Source of the DNA: Mesotaenium endlicherianum
Lineage: Eukaryota
Assembly (NCBI GenBank): GCA_009602735.1
Contig: WELA01002708.1
Coordinates: 62,001-126,000 of the forward strand
Reading direction: 5' to 3'
DNA: 64,000 nt
The notes under the pieces were generated by a model. It was not told the DNA's origin. It saw only the letters and a list, made by a program, of their open reading frames with translations, and did not search any database. Made by a program: the position numbers and the translations under genes. Shown here piece after piece: positions 18,933 to 28,295 of the stretch. How positions within the stretch are numbered: the stretch's first letter is position 1; each line of letters starts with the position of its first letter.

Positions 18933-20537
18933 CTACTGTTTTCCCACATTGGTAATATCCGGACGCAATAGCTCATCTATTAGTTTTAAGGCCTTCCAGC
19001 CGGCTTCTTTCATCAGCGTTAATTGTTTCCTGGCATTTTCTTGCGTCAGGTCTTTATGACTGTTCAGGTATGCCGTTATTTCTACCATGCTGCTTACAGG
19101 ATTGCGCAGGTCATGGGCCATGATCTTCATCATGCGGGTGTTTTCCTGCTGACTTTGTTCCAGTTCCGAGAGACTTTCTTTCATATGATCATTCTGCTCG
19201 GTAATAAATATGTTCAGTTTGTTCAGTTCAGCAATTTGCCGTTTGGACCTCCTGTTGTTGATCAGCACTAAGAGAAGAATAATCAGTGCCATTGCAAACA
19301 CAATAATTGCAATGATCAGGTAAACTGTTTTCAATTCATCATACTTCTTCAGCAGGGTTAATTCGTAACGACGGGATATATTGTTGAATTGATTTTGTAT
19401 ATCAATGACTCGCAGGGGACTGGTTGCTTTTGCCAGGGAATCTTTTAGCCGCAGGTAATTTTTCAACGCCGTAAATGCAGGTAGTGTCTCTTTCAACCCA
19501 TCATAATAAAACCATTGCCTTTCTCTCCATAACAGTTCATGATGAATATTGGGAAGTTTATCCAGGGACTGTCTTAGTTGCATTAACTGCTCCCTGGCTT
19601 CAGGAAAACGGTGTTGTTCCAATAGCAGTAATATCAACCTAAGCATGGTTCGTTGCGCAAAGCTAGGATCGTAGTTTTTTTGACCGGTTACACGAATGGT
19701 TTCCCGGAACAGCTGTTCGGCGGCTTTTCCATCCCCTTTTAATCGTAATGCTTCACCTTTGGTGCCATTGATAACGGCTATAGCCGTTTGAATATAAGCG
19801 TGCTGCTTTGTATAAACAGGATCATTCCTGTGTTGACGGACTGCCCGGTCAATATAACGCAAGGCGCTGTCGCAATAATAAACAGCGCTGTCCAATTGCC
19901 CCAGATTGCTATAACACCATGCGATATTGTTCAATTGTCCCTGTTGCTCGGTAAACCGTAGCCAAAGATATTCAGGGCACCGGGACTTTACGTTGAATGT
20001 TTCTTTAAAATATGGAATGGCATCTCTGTACCTGCCCTGGGTGTAGTAGAGCATGGCGATGCGATTACTGTATTCGCCGAAGTTGCAGGTATCTTTTGTT
20101 TTCAACATAAACTGCCTTCCCCGGTAATAGTATAAAATGGCGTCGTTGAATTTACCTTCTGATATCAACACGTCGCCCTGGGTCAATACAGCCCTGGCAT
20201 ATATTTTTATGTACGCCGGAAAGCGGGTGCTATCTGGTAGTACGCTCAATACACTGTCTGAATAGGCCCATGCTTTTTTGTGGTTTTTTTGATGAGTAAA
20301 ATAACAGGAAGCCAGGTAATCGTATTTCCTGGCCATGTCGAACCGGCTGGGATGATGGATTTGCTGGAATGCAGAGTCGATAAAATGAGGTATCCGGTCA
20401 ACCATTGCTCCTGTATAAGTATCAGCAGTAGCAAGTATCTGCTGCACCCTTGCAGCGTTCTTTTCTCCGTCAGGCCGGTATGGAGAAGAACAAGCCAGGG
20501 AAAACAGCCAACCTAGTATGATACTATACTTGCGCAT
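18933..20537 (-). CDS. TPR-sensor histidine kinase paralog lacking the HATPase domain
   Basis: Lipobox-like SLAC, TPR-like helices, one TM helix, H-box AHDLRNP, then a stop with no N/G boxes. Confidence 0.75.
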   Translation of the reverse strand: MRKYSIILGWLFSLACSSPYRPDGEKNAARVQQILATADTYTGAMVDRIPHFIDSAFQQIHHPSRFDMARKYDYLASCYFTHQKNHKKAWAYSDSVLSVLPDSTRFPAYIKIYARAVLTQGDVLISEGKFNDAILYYYRGRQFMLKTKDTCNFGEYSNRIAMLYYTQGRYRDAIPYFKETFNVKSRCPEYLWLRFTEQQGQLNNIAWCYSNLGQLDSAVYYCDSALRYIDRAVRQHRNDPVYTKQHAYIQTAIAVINGTKGEALRLKGDGKAAEQLFRETIRVTGQKNYDPSFAQRTMLRLILLLLEQHRFPEAREQLMQLRQSLDKLPNIHHELLWRERQWFYYDGLKETLPAFTALKNYLRLKDSLAKATSPLRVIDIQNQFNNISRRYELTLLKKYDELKTVYLIIAIIVFAMALIILLLVLINNRRSKRQIAELNKLNIFITEQNDHMKESLSELEQSQQENTRMMKIMAHDLRNPVSSMVEITAYLNSHKDLTQENARKQLTLMKEAGWKALKLIDELLRPDITNVGKQ

Positions 20538-22638
20538 TTTCTTCCGTAACCTTTAAACGTACATAAAAAACGGTACCCACCCCTTCTTCGCTTTCGTACC
20601 ATATATCTCCCTTATGTGCCTCTACAATCTGTTTGGTAATGGACAACCCGAGGCCAAAGGAAACTTCGCCTGAACTGCCGGTTCGCTTGACCTCGGGTGA
20701 AAAACTGAATATTTTATCCCTGAATGATTCCGGAATACCTATCCCCTGGTCTTTTACCGATACAAGAACGGCTGCACCTTCTTTTTGCATGGAGATGGTA
20801 ATCGTGCTGCCAGAGGGACTGAATTTGATGGCATTGGTAATCAGGTTGCTGAAAACACGCCATAGTTTTTCCCTGTTGGCCATTACCGTTACAGGTATAA
20901 GGTGTAACTCGAGTTGTAGTTCTTTTTCTTTGCTTTTTGGGCGAAGTATATCCACACAGTATTTCAGCGTTGTATCCAGCTCTACCGGTTCTTTGAGGGT
21001 ATCGGCCGGAATATTCAGGTGCAGTAACTCGTTGATCAGGTTCAAAGCCCGGCCGCCTGCTGCTTCCATGAGTTGCAACGGCTCTTTACTGTCTTTATTG
21101 ATGAGCGGATGCTGTTCTTCGAGGTATTCAGTCATGGCCACCATTCCTCCAACAGGATTGCGCAGGTCATGGGCTACGACCCGCATCATACGGGAGTTTT
21201 CCTGCTGGCTTTGTTTCAAAGCCGATAAACTTTTCTTCAGCTGATTGTTTTGTTCGGTAACGAAAGCATTCAGTTTGCCCAGTTCCTGAACATACTGCCT
21301 GGATTTTCTCACATTTTTTAATATCAACAGGATGATCAGTAATGTCATCACAAATACAACAAATGCAATGGACAGGTAAACCGTTTTTAATTCGCTCTGC
21401 TTTTTTAGTAATGCCAGTTCATAATGTTGAGATATATTGGTGAATTCATCCTGTATATTGATGGAATGCAATAGTTCAGATGCTTTATTAAGAGAATCTT
21501 TTAATCGTAAGAAGCTCTTCAGTGTTGCATAAGCCAATTCGGGTTGACCTAGCGCTTCATAATACTTCCATTTTACTTTCCGGTAATCGTATTCAGCAGC
21601 CGTGCTGGGAGACTGATCCAGGGATTGCCTCAATTGCTGCAATTGTTCTCCGGCTTCTTTGTAACGGTGTTGCCCCAATAGCAAAGATGCGAGACTGCTC
21701 ATGGTGTTTTGTGCGTCTGCCAGATCATGTCCCTGCTGTGCATTGATGCGGATGGATTCACGGAACACTTGCTCTGTAGTGCTGCTGTCTCCTGTTTCCA
21801 GCAAGGTTTGTCCTTTGTTACTGATGATCACACCAATGGCCGTTTCAATGAAAGCCTGACGGGAAGTTCGGTCGGCACTGTTCAGGTATTGTTGTTTGTA
21901 CTTGTCTATATAATGCAGGGCGCTGTCGTAATAGTACAAGGCGCTGTCGTACTGCTTCATATTTGAATAACAGAGCGCAATATTATCCAGTTGCGCCTGC
22001 ACTTGCGCGAACCTGGTAAAGAGGTTTTCAGGGCAGTGAAGCGATACGTCGAGCGTTTTTTTGTAATACCGGACGGCCTCTTTATACCTGCCGAGATCAT
22101 AATAGAGCGTAGATAGCCTTGAGTCATATTCGTAAAAGCTGCAGGTGTCTTTCGTCATTCGCATGAACAACCTTCCACGGTAGAAATATGAAATGGCATC
22201 ATTGTACCTGCTTTCCGATTTTGCTGCATCGCCTTTGATCAAAAGGGCGCTGGCATAGAGTTTTATGTGTTCCGGTAGCTGCGTGCTGTCGGTGATCGCA
22301 AGCAACATACTGTCTGCATAAGCTCCGGATTTCGCAGCATCTCTTTGCTGATCGTAATAATAATTGGCGAGGTAATGGTATTTCTTTGCAATATCGAATG
22401 TGCTGATATGGGGAATGCTGCGAAAAGCAGAGTCGATAAAATGATCAATCCATGCAGGACCATTACCACGGAGACTGTCGGCAATGGTCACAATTCTTTG
22501 TACTTGTGCAGCGTGTTCTTTTTGATCGGGAGGAGATTGGGTAGAACAAGCGATGACGAACAACCAGGTAAGGGCACCAGCATAATTCCGGTATGCACTA
22601 TTGAGTCCGTATTTGGTAAAAATTCCCATCAGCCGCAT
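20524..22638 (-). CDS. TPR-containing sensor histidine kinase
   Basis: TPR-like periplasmic region, TM helix, AHDLRNP, NLITNAIKFS, DQGIGI and GLGLSI. Start uncertain (22638 or a nearby ATG). Confidence 0.9.
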   Translation of the reverse strand: MRLMGIFTKYGLNSAYRNYAGALTWLFVIACSTQSPPDQKEHAAQVQRIVTIADSLRGNGPAWIDHFIDSAFRSIPHISTFDIAKKYHYLANYYYDQQRDAAKSGAYADSMLLAITDSTQLPEHIKLYASALLIKGDAAKSESRYNDAISYFYRGRLFMRMTKDTCSFYEYDSRLSTLYYDLGRYKEAVRYYKKTLDVSLHCPENLFTRFAQVQAQLDNIALCYSNMKQYDSALYYYDSALHYIDKYKQQYLNSADRTSRQAFIETAIGVIISNKGQTLLETGDSSTTEQVFRESIRINAQQGHDLADAQNTMSSLASLLLGQHRYKEAGEQLQQLRQSLDQSPSTAAEYDYRKVKWKYYEALGQPELAYATLKSFLRLKDSLNKASELLHSINIQDEFTNISQHYELALLKKQSELKTVYLSIAFVVFVMTLLIILLILKNVRKSRQYVQELGKLNAFVTEQNNQLKKSLSALKQSQQENSRMMRVVAHDLRNPVGGMVAMTEYLEEQHPLINKDSKEPLQLMEAAGGRALNLINELLHLNIPADTLKEPVELDTTLKYCVDILRPKSKEKELQLELHLIPVTVMANREKLWRVFSNLITNAIKFSPSGSTITISMQKEGAAVLVSVKDQGIGIPESFRDKIFSFSPEVKRTGSSGEVSFGLGLSITKQIVEAHKGDIWYESEEGVGTVFYVRLKVTEENAQV

Positions 22639-22705
22639 TGGTTAAACATCACTTCGCCGTGTAATCACGAGCGTAATTGCTACTCCAACAATTTAGGGGT
22701 TTTTT

Positions 22706-22772
22706 AATGACTATTTAAATTTTTTGCTATAAAATTTAATATCCTATGGGGTAGTGCTTTTAAATAGTCATT
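22706..22772. repeat. Perfect 14-bp inverted repeat upstream of the TPR kinase pair
   Basis: AATGACTATTTAAA (22706-22719) and TTTAAATAGTCATT (22759-22772), with a 39-bp spacer. Confidence 0.7.
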
Positions 22773-22798
22773 TAAACAGGGTTTTCGTTTATATATAA

Positions 22799-24226
22799 TC
22801 AACACTCTGGGAGACTGATCGGAATATGGATCGCCAGTCCCCCGTCAGCGGTCTCCTTGTATTTGCTGCTCATATCCAAAGCCGTATCCCACATGGTTTT
22901 AACCACTTTGTCCAGGCTTACTTTGGCATAGTCGGGCGAACTCTGTAATGCCAGTTGTGAAGCGGTGATAGCTTTGATGGCACCCATGGTATTTCTTTCA
23001 ATACAGGGAACCTGCACCAGTCCGCCTATCGGATCGCAGGTCAACCCTAAATGATGTTCCATGGCTATTTCGGCAGCCATCAATGCCTGGCGCTGGGTAC
23101 CTCCCATCGACTCTGTGAGTGCAGCGGCAGCCATGGCAGAAGAAACGCCGATCTCGGCCTGGCAGCCACCCATCGCCGCAGAAATGGTAGCGCCTTTTTT
23201 GAATATACTGCCAATTTCAGAAGCAGTGAGCAGGAAACGAATGATCTTGCCATCATCATGCCCATTGCAAAATGTAACGAAATACTGCAGCACGGCGGGT
23301 ATCACGCCGGCAGCCCCATTCGTAGGCGCTGTTACGACTCTTCCGAATGCGGCATTCTCTTCATTAACGGCTAATGCAAAACAACTCACCCAATCCAGTA
23401 TATAATGAAAGCCTTCCCCTCCTGCACGAATCGCTTTCATCCAGCTTTCATAATCGGTATAAGGATGGCCCTGTATCATTTTTTTATTCAGGTCGAACGC
23501 GCGGCGGCGCACCTGTAAACCGCCCGGTAATTCCCCTTTGGCATGACAACCACGATATATGCAGTCTTTCATGGTATGCCAGATGCGCAACACGCCTGCC
23601 CTGGTAGCATCCTCAGAGCGCCAGGCATTTTCATTCTCCATGACCACTTCATGGATGGCCATACCCGTTTTCATACACCAGTGCAGCAGGTCATCGGCCG
23701 TATTGATGGGGAATGAAAGCTCTACTGCATTTTTATGGCTATTGTCTTCCCCTTCTTTCACAACAAACCCGCCGCCGATAGAATAATAAGTTTCGCTCCA
23801 TCCTTGCCCATTTTTCAAGGACACAAGAAAGCTAAGCCCGTTGGGATGAAAGGGCAATGTTTCATGATACAGGAATTGCACCTGTTCTGCGGCATTGAAT
23901 GCAATCACCTGCTCGCCTCCCAGCATCAATTCCTTTTTATCGTGGATAGCATTGATACGTGGAGTGATGCTGTTTACATCGATGGTCACCGGGTCTTCAT
24001 TGCAAAGTCCCAATAGCACGGCTATATCCGTTCCATGCCCCTTGCCGGTTTTGGCCAGAGAGCCGTATAATAACACGGTAACAGCCGCTACCTGGTCAAG
24101 ACTGGTGCGTGACCGGAGCGTTTCTACAAAGCGCAAAGCGGCGCGCCAGGGGCCTAAAGTATGGGAACTCGAAGGGCCTACCCCTATTTTGAACATGTCG
24201 AAAACCGAAATTGTTTCGTGAGGCAT
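22799..24226 (-). CDS. sdaA: L-serine ammonia-lyase (Fe-S dependent, single chain)
   Basis: [34 protein letters not shown] and HHLGLTCDP. Confidence 0.95.
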   Translation of the reverse strand: MPHETISVFDMFKIGVGPSSSHTLGPWRAALRFVETLRSRTSLDQVAAVTVLLYGSLAKTGKGHGTDIAVLLGLCNEDPVTIDVNSITPRINAIHDKKELMLGGEQVIAFNAAEQVQFLYHETLPFHPNGLSFLVSLKNGQGWSETYYSIGGGFVVKEGEDNSHKNAVELSFPINTADDLLHWCMKTGMAIHEVVMENENAWRSEDATRAGVLRIWHTMKDCIYRGCHAKGELPGGLQVRRRAFDLNKKMIQGHPYTDYESWMKAIRAGGEGFHYILDWVSCFALAVNEENAAFGRVVTAPTNGAAGVIPAVLQYFVTFCNGHDDGKIIRFLLTASEIGSIFKKGATISAAMGGCQAEIGVSSAMAAAALTESMGGTQRQALMAAEIAMEHHLGLTCDPIGGLVQVPCIERNTMGAIKAITASQLALQSSPDYAKVSLDKVVKTMWDTALDMSSKYKETADGGLAIHIPISLPEC

Positions 24227-24312
24227 AGTCAAAGTTAGTGCTTAAAATTGGCTGGTTTTTCCGACCTTCACGCAGCAATTAATCTATATTTTATTTTTTA
24301 ATGTTTGAAGCT

Positions 24313-25503
24313 ATGCAACTCTCTTCTCTCCTGAACAGATTCAGTGAACCGGAAACACTTAAAATGGCCAAACTGGGCCGTGAACTGAGGGCCAAAGGGG
24401 TCGACGTAATCGACCTGAGCCTGGGTGAACCAGATTTTGATACCCCGCAGCACATCAAAGACGCTGCTATCAAAGCCATCAACGACAACTGGAGCCATTA
24501 TACACCTGTTGCCGGCTTTGCCGATTTGAAAGAAGCCGTATGTACCAAATTGAAACGCGATAACAATTTGGATTATACACCGGATCAGATCATCACGTCT
24601 ACCGGCGCCAAGCAAAGTCTGGCCAACGCCATTCTTGCATTGGTGGATGAAGGTGATGAAGTGATCATTCCTACTCCTTATTGGGTAACTTATTCAGAGC
24701 TGGTAAAAATTGCCCGTGGTAAAGTAGTGGAGATCAGGACCAGCGTGGAGAACGATTTCAAACCAACTCCTGCACAGGTAGAAGCCGCCATCACACCCAA
24801 GACAAAAGTGTTCATGTTCTCATCGCCCTGTAATCCTTCAGGCGCTGTGTACAGCAAAGCAGAACTCGAAGCGTTGGCTGCTATCTTTAAAAAACATCCG
24901 CATATTGTGATCCTTTCAGATGAGATCTATGAATACATCAACTTCGTAGGCAAGCACGAAAGCATTGCGCAGTTTGCCGATCTGAAAGACCGCGTGGTAC
25001 TCATCAACGGTCTCAGTAAAGGATTTGCCATGACCGGCTGGCGTTTGGGTTATATCGCTGCCAGTGCTGCTATTGTGAAGGCCTGTGAAAAATTACAGGG
25101 ACAATTCACCAGCGGTACCTGCTCCATTACCCAGAAAGCAGCAGTAGCGGCCCTTGTAGGTGATCTGCGTCCTTCACAGGAAATGACGGAGGAGTTTACC
25201 CGCAGAAGAGAAAAAACACTGGCGCTGGTAAGCGGTATTCCCGGTTTCAAATGCTTTGCACCGCAAGGCGCATTCTATGTATTTCCGGATGTAAGCGCTT
25301 ATTATGGTAAATCAGATGGCACTACTACCATCCTAAATGCAGCCGACCTGAGCATGTATCTCTTGAATACTGCGCATGTATCTTCTGTAATGGGAGATGC
25401 TTTTGGTGAACCCAAATGCGTTCGTTTCTCTTTTGCCAACAGCATGCCCAACATTGAAAAAGCATGGGCAAGGATCAAAGACGCGCTGGCAAAGCTGAAA
25501 TAA
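24313..25503 (+). CDS. PLP-dependent class I/II aminotransferase (aspartate aminotransferase-like)
   Basis: LGEPDFDTP, SPCNPSG, SDEIYE and NGLSKGFAMTGWRLGY. Start is 24313 or 24301. Confidence 0.92.
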   Translation: MQLSSLLNRFSEPETLKMAKLGRELRAKGVDVIDLSLGEPDFDTPQHIKDAAIKAINDNWSHYTPVAGFADLKEAVCTKLKRDNNLDYTPDQIITSTGAKQSLANAILALVDEGDEVIIPTPYWVTYSELVKIARGKVVEIRTSVENDFKPTPAQVEAAITPKTKVFMFSSPCNPSGAVYSKAELEALAAIFKKHPHIVILSDEIYEYINFVGKHESIAQFADLKDRVVLINGLSKGFAMTGWRLGYIAASAAIVKACEKLQGQFTSGTCSITQKAAVAALVGDLRPSQEMTEEFTRRREKTLALVSGIPGFKCFAPQGAFYVFPDVSAYYGKSDGTTTILNAADLSMYLLNTAHVSSVMGDAFGEPKCVRFSFANSMPNIEKAWARIKDALAKLK

Positions 25504-25529
25504 ATACATGCTTCTCTAGTATTTTATAT

Positions 25530-25645
25530 CGTCATCCCCGATCAACGTCACCCTGAGCGAGCGAAGCGAGTCGAAGGGGCAGCCGAGGGATCTGCCCGAA
25601 TGTTCAAGCAGGTCCTTCGACTCGCTTCGCTCGCTCAGGATGACG
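25530..25645. repeat. CGTC-tagged palindromic (REP-like) element, composite or nested
   Basis: CGTCACCCTGAGCGAGCGAAGCGAGTCGAAGG pairs with CCTTCGACTCGCTTCGCTCGCTCAGGATGACG; a related copy is at 28212-28290. Confidence 0.85.
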
Positions 25646-25666
25646 TTTTTATTGCAATTTTGTCCT

Positions 25667-26617
25667 ATGCAGCAGACTGATAAAATGGACATGTTCCGTA
25701 ACCGGTTGGCAAAAGTGTACAAGCACCGGAGCAAACAAGCCCGGCGTATGCAGGTAGATTGCTACCGGGTATACGATCACGACCTGCCCGAATTTCCCTT
25801 CTGTATAGAATTGTATGAGGACAAACTTTACCTGGCCGAATATTTGCGCAGGCATGGTATGAGCGATGAAGAACATGAAGCATGGCTCGATGCGTGCCTG
25901 GCAATGATCAGCGAGATCGTGGGCATTCCAACCGATCAGATGTATGTGCGGCAACGCAAACGAATGTCGCACCGCGAAGGGCAATACGAGCGGCTGAATA
26001 CGGAAGACGCTTTTTTTACCGTGCTGGAAAACGGATTGAAGTTCCAGGTGAACCTCACCGATTACCTCGATACCGGCCTTTTCCTCGATCACCGCATCAC
26101 GCGGCAAATGGTGAAAGAACAGAGTGAAGGCAAACGCATATTGAACCTGTTTTGTTATACCGGTTCTTTCTCGGTGTATGCTGCCGCAGGCGGAGCTGCT
26201 GCCGTTACTTCTGTTGACCTCTCCAAAACTTACCTGGGATGGGCCGAAACCAATTTCGCCATCAACCGTTTAAAATCGCCTAACAAATACCGCTTTGTAC
26301 ACGCCGATGTAAAGCAATACCTCAAAACATTACCCCCAGAAAGTTTTGACCTGGTGGTAATGGATCCTCCCACTTTCAGCAACAGCAAACGCATGAAAGA
26401 TATCCTGGACATACAAAGAGACCATGTGGAATTGCTCAACGATGTACTCGCTGCTACAGTGCCCGGCGGACAAATTTATTTCAGCACGAATTTCACCCGT
26501 TTCCAATTGGATGCCGGCGCTATTCATGCCAGCGATATCAAAGACATTACCAAAGCTACTACCCCGTTCGATTTCGAAGGAAAACTCAAAAGATGGTGCT
26601 ATAAACTAATCAAATAA
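25667..26617 (+). CDS. RlmK/RlmI-family 23S rRNA SAM-dependent methyltransferase
   Basis: CYRVYDHDLPE, DYLDTGLFLDHR, LNLFCYTGSFS and MDPPTFSNSK. Confidence 0.85.
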   Translation: MQQTDKMDMFRNRLAKVYKHRSKQARRMQVDCYRVYDHDLPEFPFCIELYEDKLYLAEYLRRHGMSDEEHEAWLDACLAMISEIVGIPTDQMYVRQRKRMSHREGQYERLNTEDAFFTVLENGLKFQVNLTDYLDTGLFLDHRITRQMVKEQSEGKRILNLFCYTGSFSVYAAAGGAAAVTSVDLSKTYLGWAETNFAINRLKSPNKYRFVHADVKQYLKTLPPESFDLVVMDPPTFSNSKRMKDILDIQRDHVELLNDVLAATVPGGQIYFSTNFTRFQLDAGAIHASDIKDITKATTPFDFEGKLKRWCYKLIK

Positions 26618-26623
26618 ATAGCC

Positions 26624-27051
26624 ATGAAAACCGCGCCATTTGTTATTGAAGAAGTGCTCAACGCACCGGTATCCAGGGTTTGGAAAGCCATTACCAACAA
26701 GGACGATATGAAGCAATGGTATTTCGACCTGGCGGAGTTCAAACCGGAAGTGGGTTTTACATTTGAATTTCACGGAGGCAAAGACGATAGAAGCTATCGT
26801 CATCTTTGCAAGATCACCGAAGTGGTGCCTGAAAAAAAATTAACCTACAGTTGGTCTTACGATGGTTATCCCGGCCAATCTTTTGTAAGCTTTGAATTGA
26901 AGGATAATGATGGTAAAACAAGCGTAAAACTTACCCATGCCGGACTGGATACTTTCCCCCCAAAGAGAACCCCGATTTTAATTCAGCCAATTTTGCAGAA
27001 GGATGGACCTATATCATCGGGCAAAGCCTGAAACAGTTTGTTGAAAAATAG
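26624..27051 (+). pseudogene. SRPBCC/AHSA1-like domain protein with a frameshift in a C6 run at 26956-26961
   Basis: The 5' part is SRPBCC-like (APVSRVWKAIT, QWYF). The family-like end KENPDFNSANFAEGWTYIIGQSLKQFVEK* is in the -1 frame, with TAG at 27049-27051. Confidence 0.75.
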
Positions 27052-27079
27052 CATTGACCTTGCAGTTAAAATAAACAAC

Positions 27080-27835
27080 TCATTGCATCGACTGCAATAA
27101 CTCGGCGCCCACTGCTTTCAACGCAGGGTCGTTGGCAGTGCGAACAGGCAGCCTTACCAGGAGCTTCAATACTTCAATAGCTTGTGCAGGTCGCCTGTTC
27201 TCTTTATATGCTTTCGCCAATACCAGGTAATTGGCTACAAAATAAGGCTCCAATGTTTTGCATTGTTCCAGGTGTGCGATGGCCGAATCTATATCGGCTT
27301 GTGGTAAACCTCCGTGCAGGAATTTGATGGCAGCTTTTTTAAGAGGTGGCAGCGTCAACAATTCATAATGCCACTTACCTACCAGGTAATGTGCTTTTCC
27401 GTAACGGGGATTCAACAACAACACTTTATCGGCATATCTTTTTTCATCTTTGAAATAAACCGCTGTTTTCTTTGCTTCTGTTTCTATCTCGGGCATGCGA
27501 TCGGCTACCAGCGCCATAATATAATTCGCATCAGCATTGTTGCTGTCTGCCTGCCAGGCCCGCTGCGCAAAAGCCGCTGCCGATTCATAGTACAAGCGCA
27601 TGCCGTTCTTATCTGTTACCCTGCTACCCAACGATAAATTCAACTCAGCAGAATGCACCAATGCACGGATATTAGCCGGAGCTATCAATAATATCTCCTT
27701 GTATTTGTCCAGCGCTGGCTGGTCTTTCTGCTGCTTTTCAAAATTATCCGCTTCTTTCAGCAACACATTCACATCCTGCGCATGCAAGCATGCTGCGTTG
27801 AACAATAAAATAAATACGACTAAATTATATTTCAT
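27080..27835 (-). CDS. Exported TPR-like helical repeat protein
   Basis: Signal peptide ..LHA/QD and TPR-like helices. Confidence 0.75.
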   Translation of the reverse strand: MKYNLVVFILLFNAACLHAQDVNVLLKEADNFEKQQKDQPALDKYKEILLIAPANIRALVHSAELNLSLGSRVTDKNGMRLYYESAAAFAQRAWQADSNNADANYIMALVADRMPEIETEAKKTAVYFKDEKRYADKVLLLNPRYGKAHYLVGKWHYELLTLPPLKKAAIKFLHGGLPQADIDSAIAHLEQCKTLEPYFVANYLVLAKAYKENRRPAQAIEVLKLLVRLPVRTANDPALKAVGAELLQSMQ

Positions 27836-27838
27836 GAA

Positions 27839-28192
27839 CTATTTGGTTAATTCAAACTCCACTCCCACACTCCCATGAAAATCGGGTATCGGCGGCTGCA
27901 ATTTATCGATCGATATTTTGACTTTTTCCGCCTGCTGAAAAGTTGCGAGTATTTCCTGCGCAATAGTAGTAGCCAGTGTTTCCAATAACAAAGTAGGTGT
28001 TTCCATTCTTTTCTTTATCAACTCATAAACCCTGACATAGTTGATGGTTTCATGTAAAGTATTGACAGGAATACGGGCCGGCTGGTGCCAGACGGTAACA
28101 TCTACTTTGAAATCATTGCCCAACACCGTCTCTTCCTCATATAAACCATGAAAGGAGTGAAAAAGGAGGTTGTTTAAATGTATGGAAAGCAT
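27839..28192 (-). CDS. folB: Dihydroneopterin aldolase
   Basis: FHGLYEEETVLGNDF, TINY, LLETLA and IDKLQPPI. Alternative start at 28201. Confidence 0.92.
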   Translation of the reverse strand: MLSIHLNNLLFHSFHGLYEEETVLGNDFKVDVTVWHQPARIPVNTLHETINYVRVYELIKKRMETPTLLLETLATTIAQEILATFQQAEKVKISIDKLQPPIPDFHGSVGVEFELTK

Positions 28193-28211
28193 AAATATCA
28201 TTTGTTACAAC

Positions 28212-28290
28212 CGTCATCCCGAGCGAAGCCGAGGGACCTCATGAAGCTTTCAGCAGGTCCCTCGACTCGCTTCGCTCGCTCGGGATGACG
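28212..28290. repeat. CGTC-tagged palindromic (REP-like) element
   Basis: CGTCATCCCGAGCGAAGCCGAGGGACCT ... AGGTCCCTCGACTCGCTTCGCTCGCTCGGGATGACG. Confidence 0.85.
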
Positions 28291-28295
28291 ATGGT

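Noticed and set aside
25530..28290. Repeats read as a CRISPR array or an IS element
   Set aside because: No regular repeat-spacer period, no cas genes and no transposase; they are isolated palindromes.
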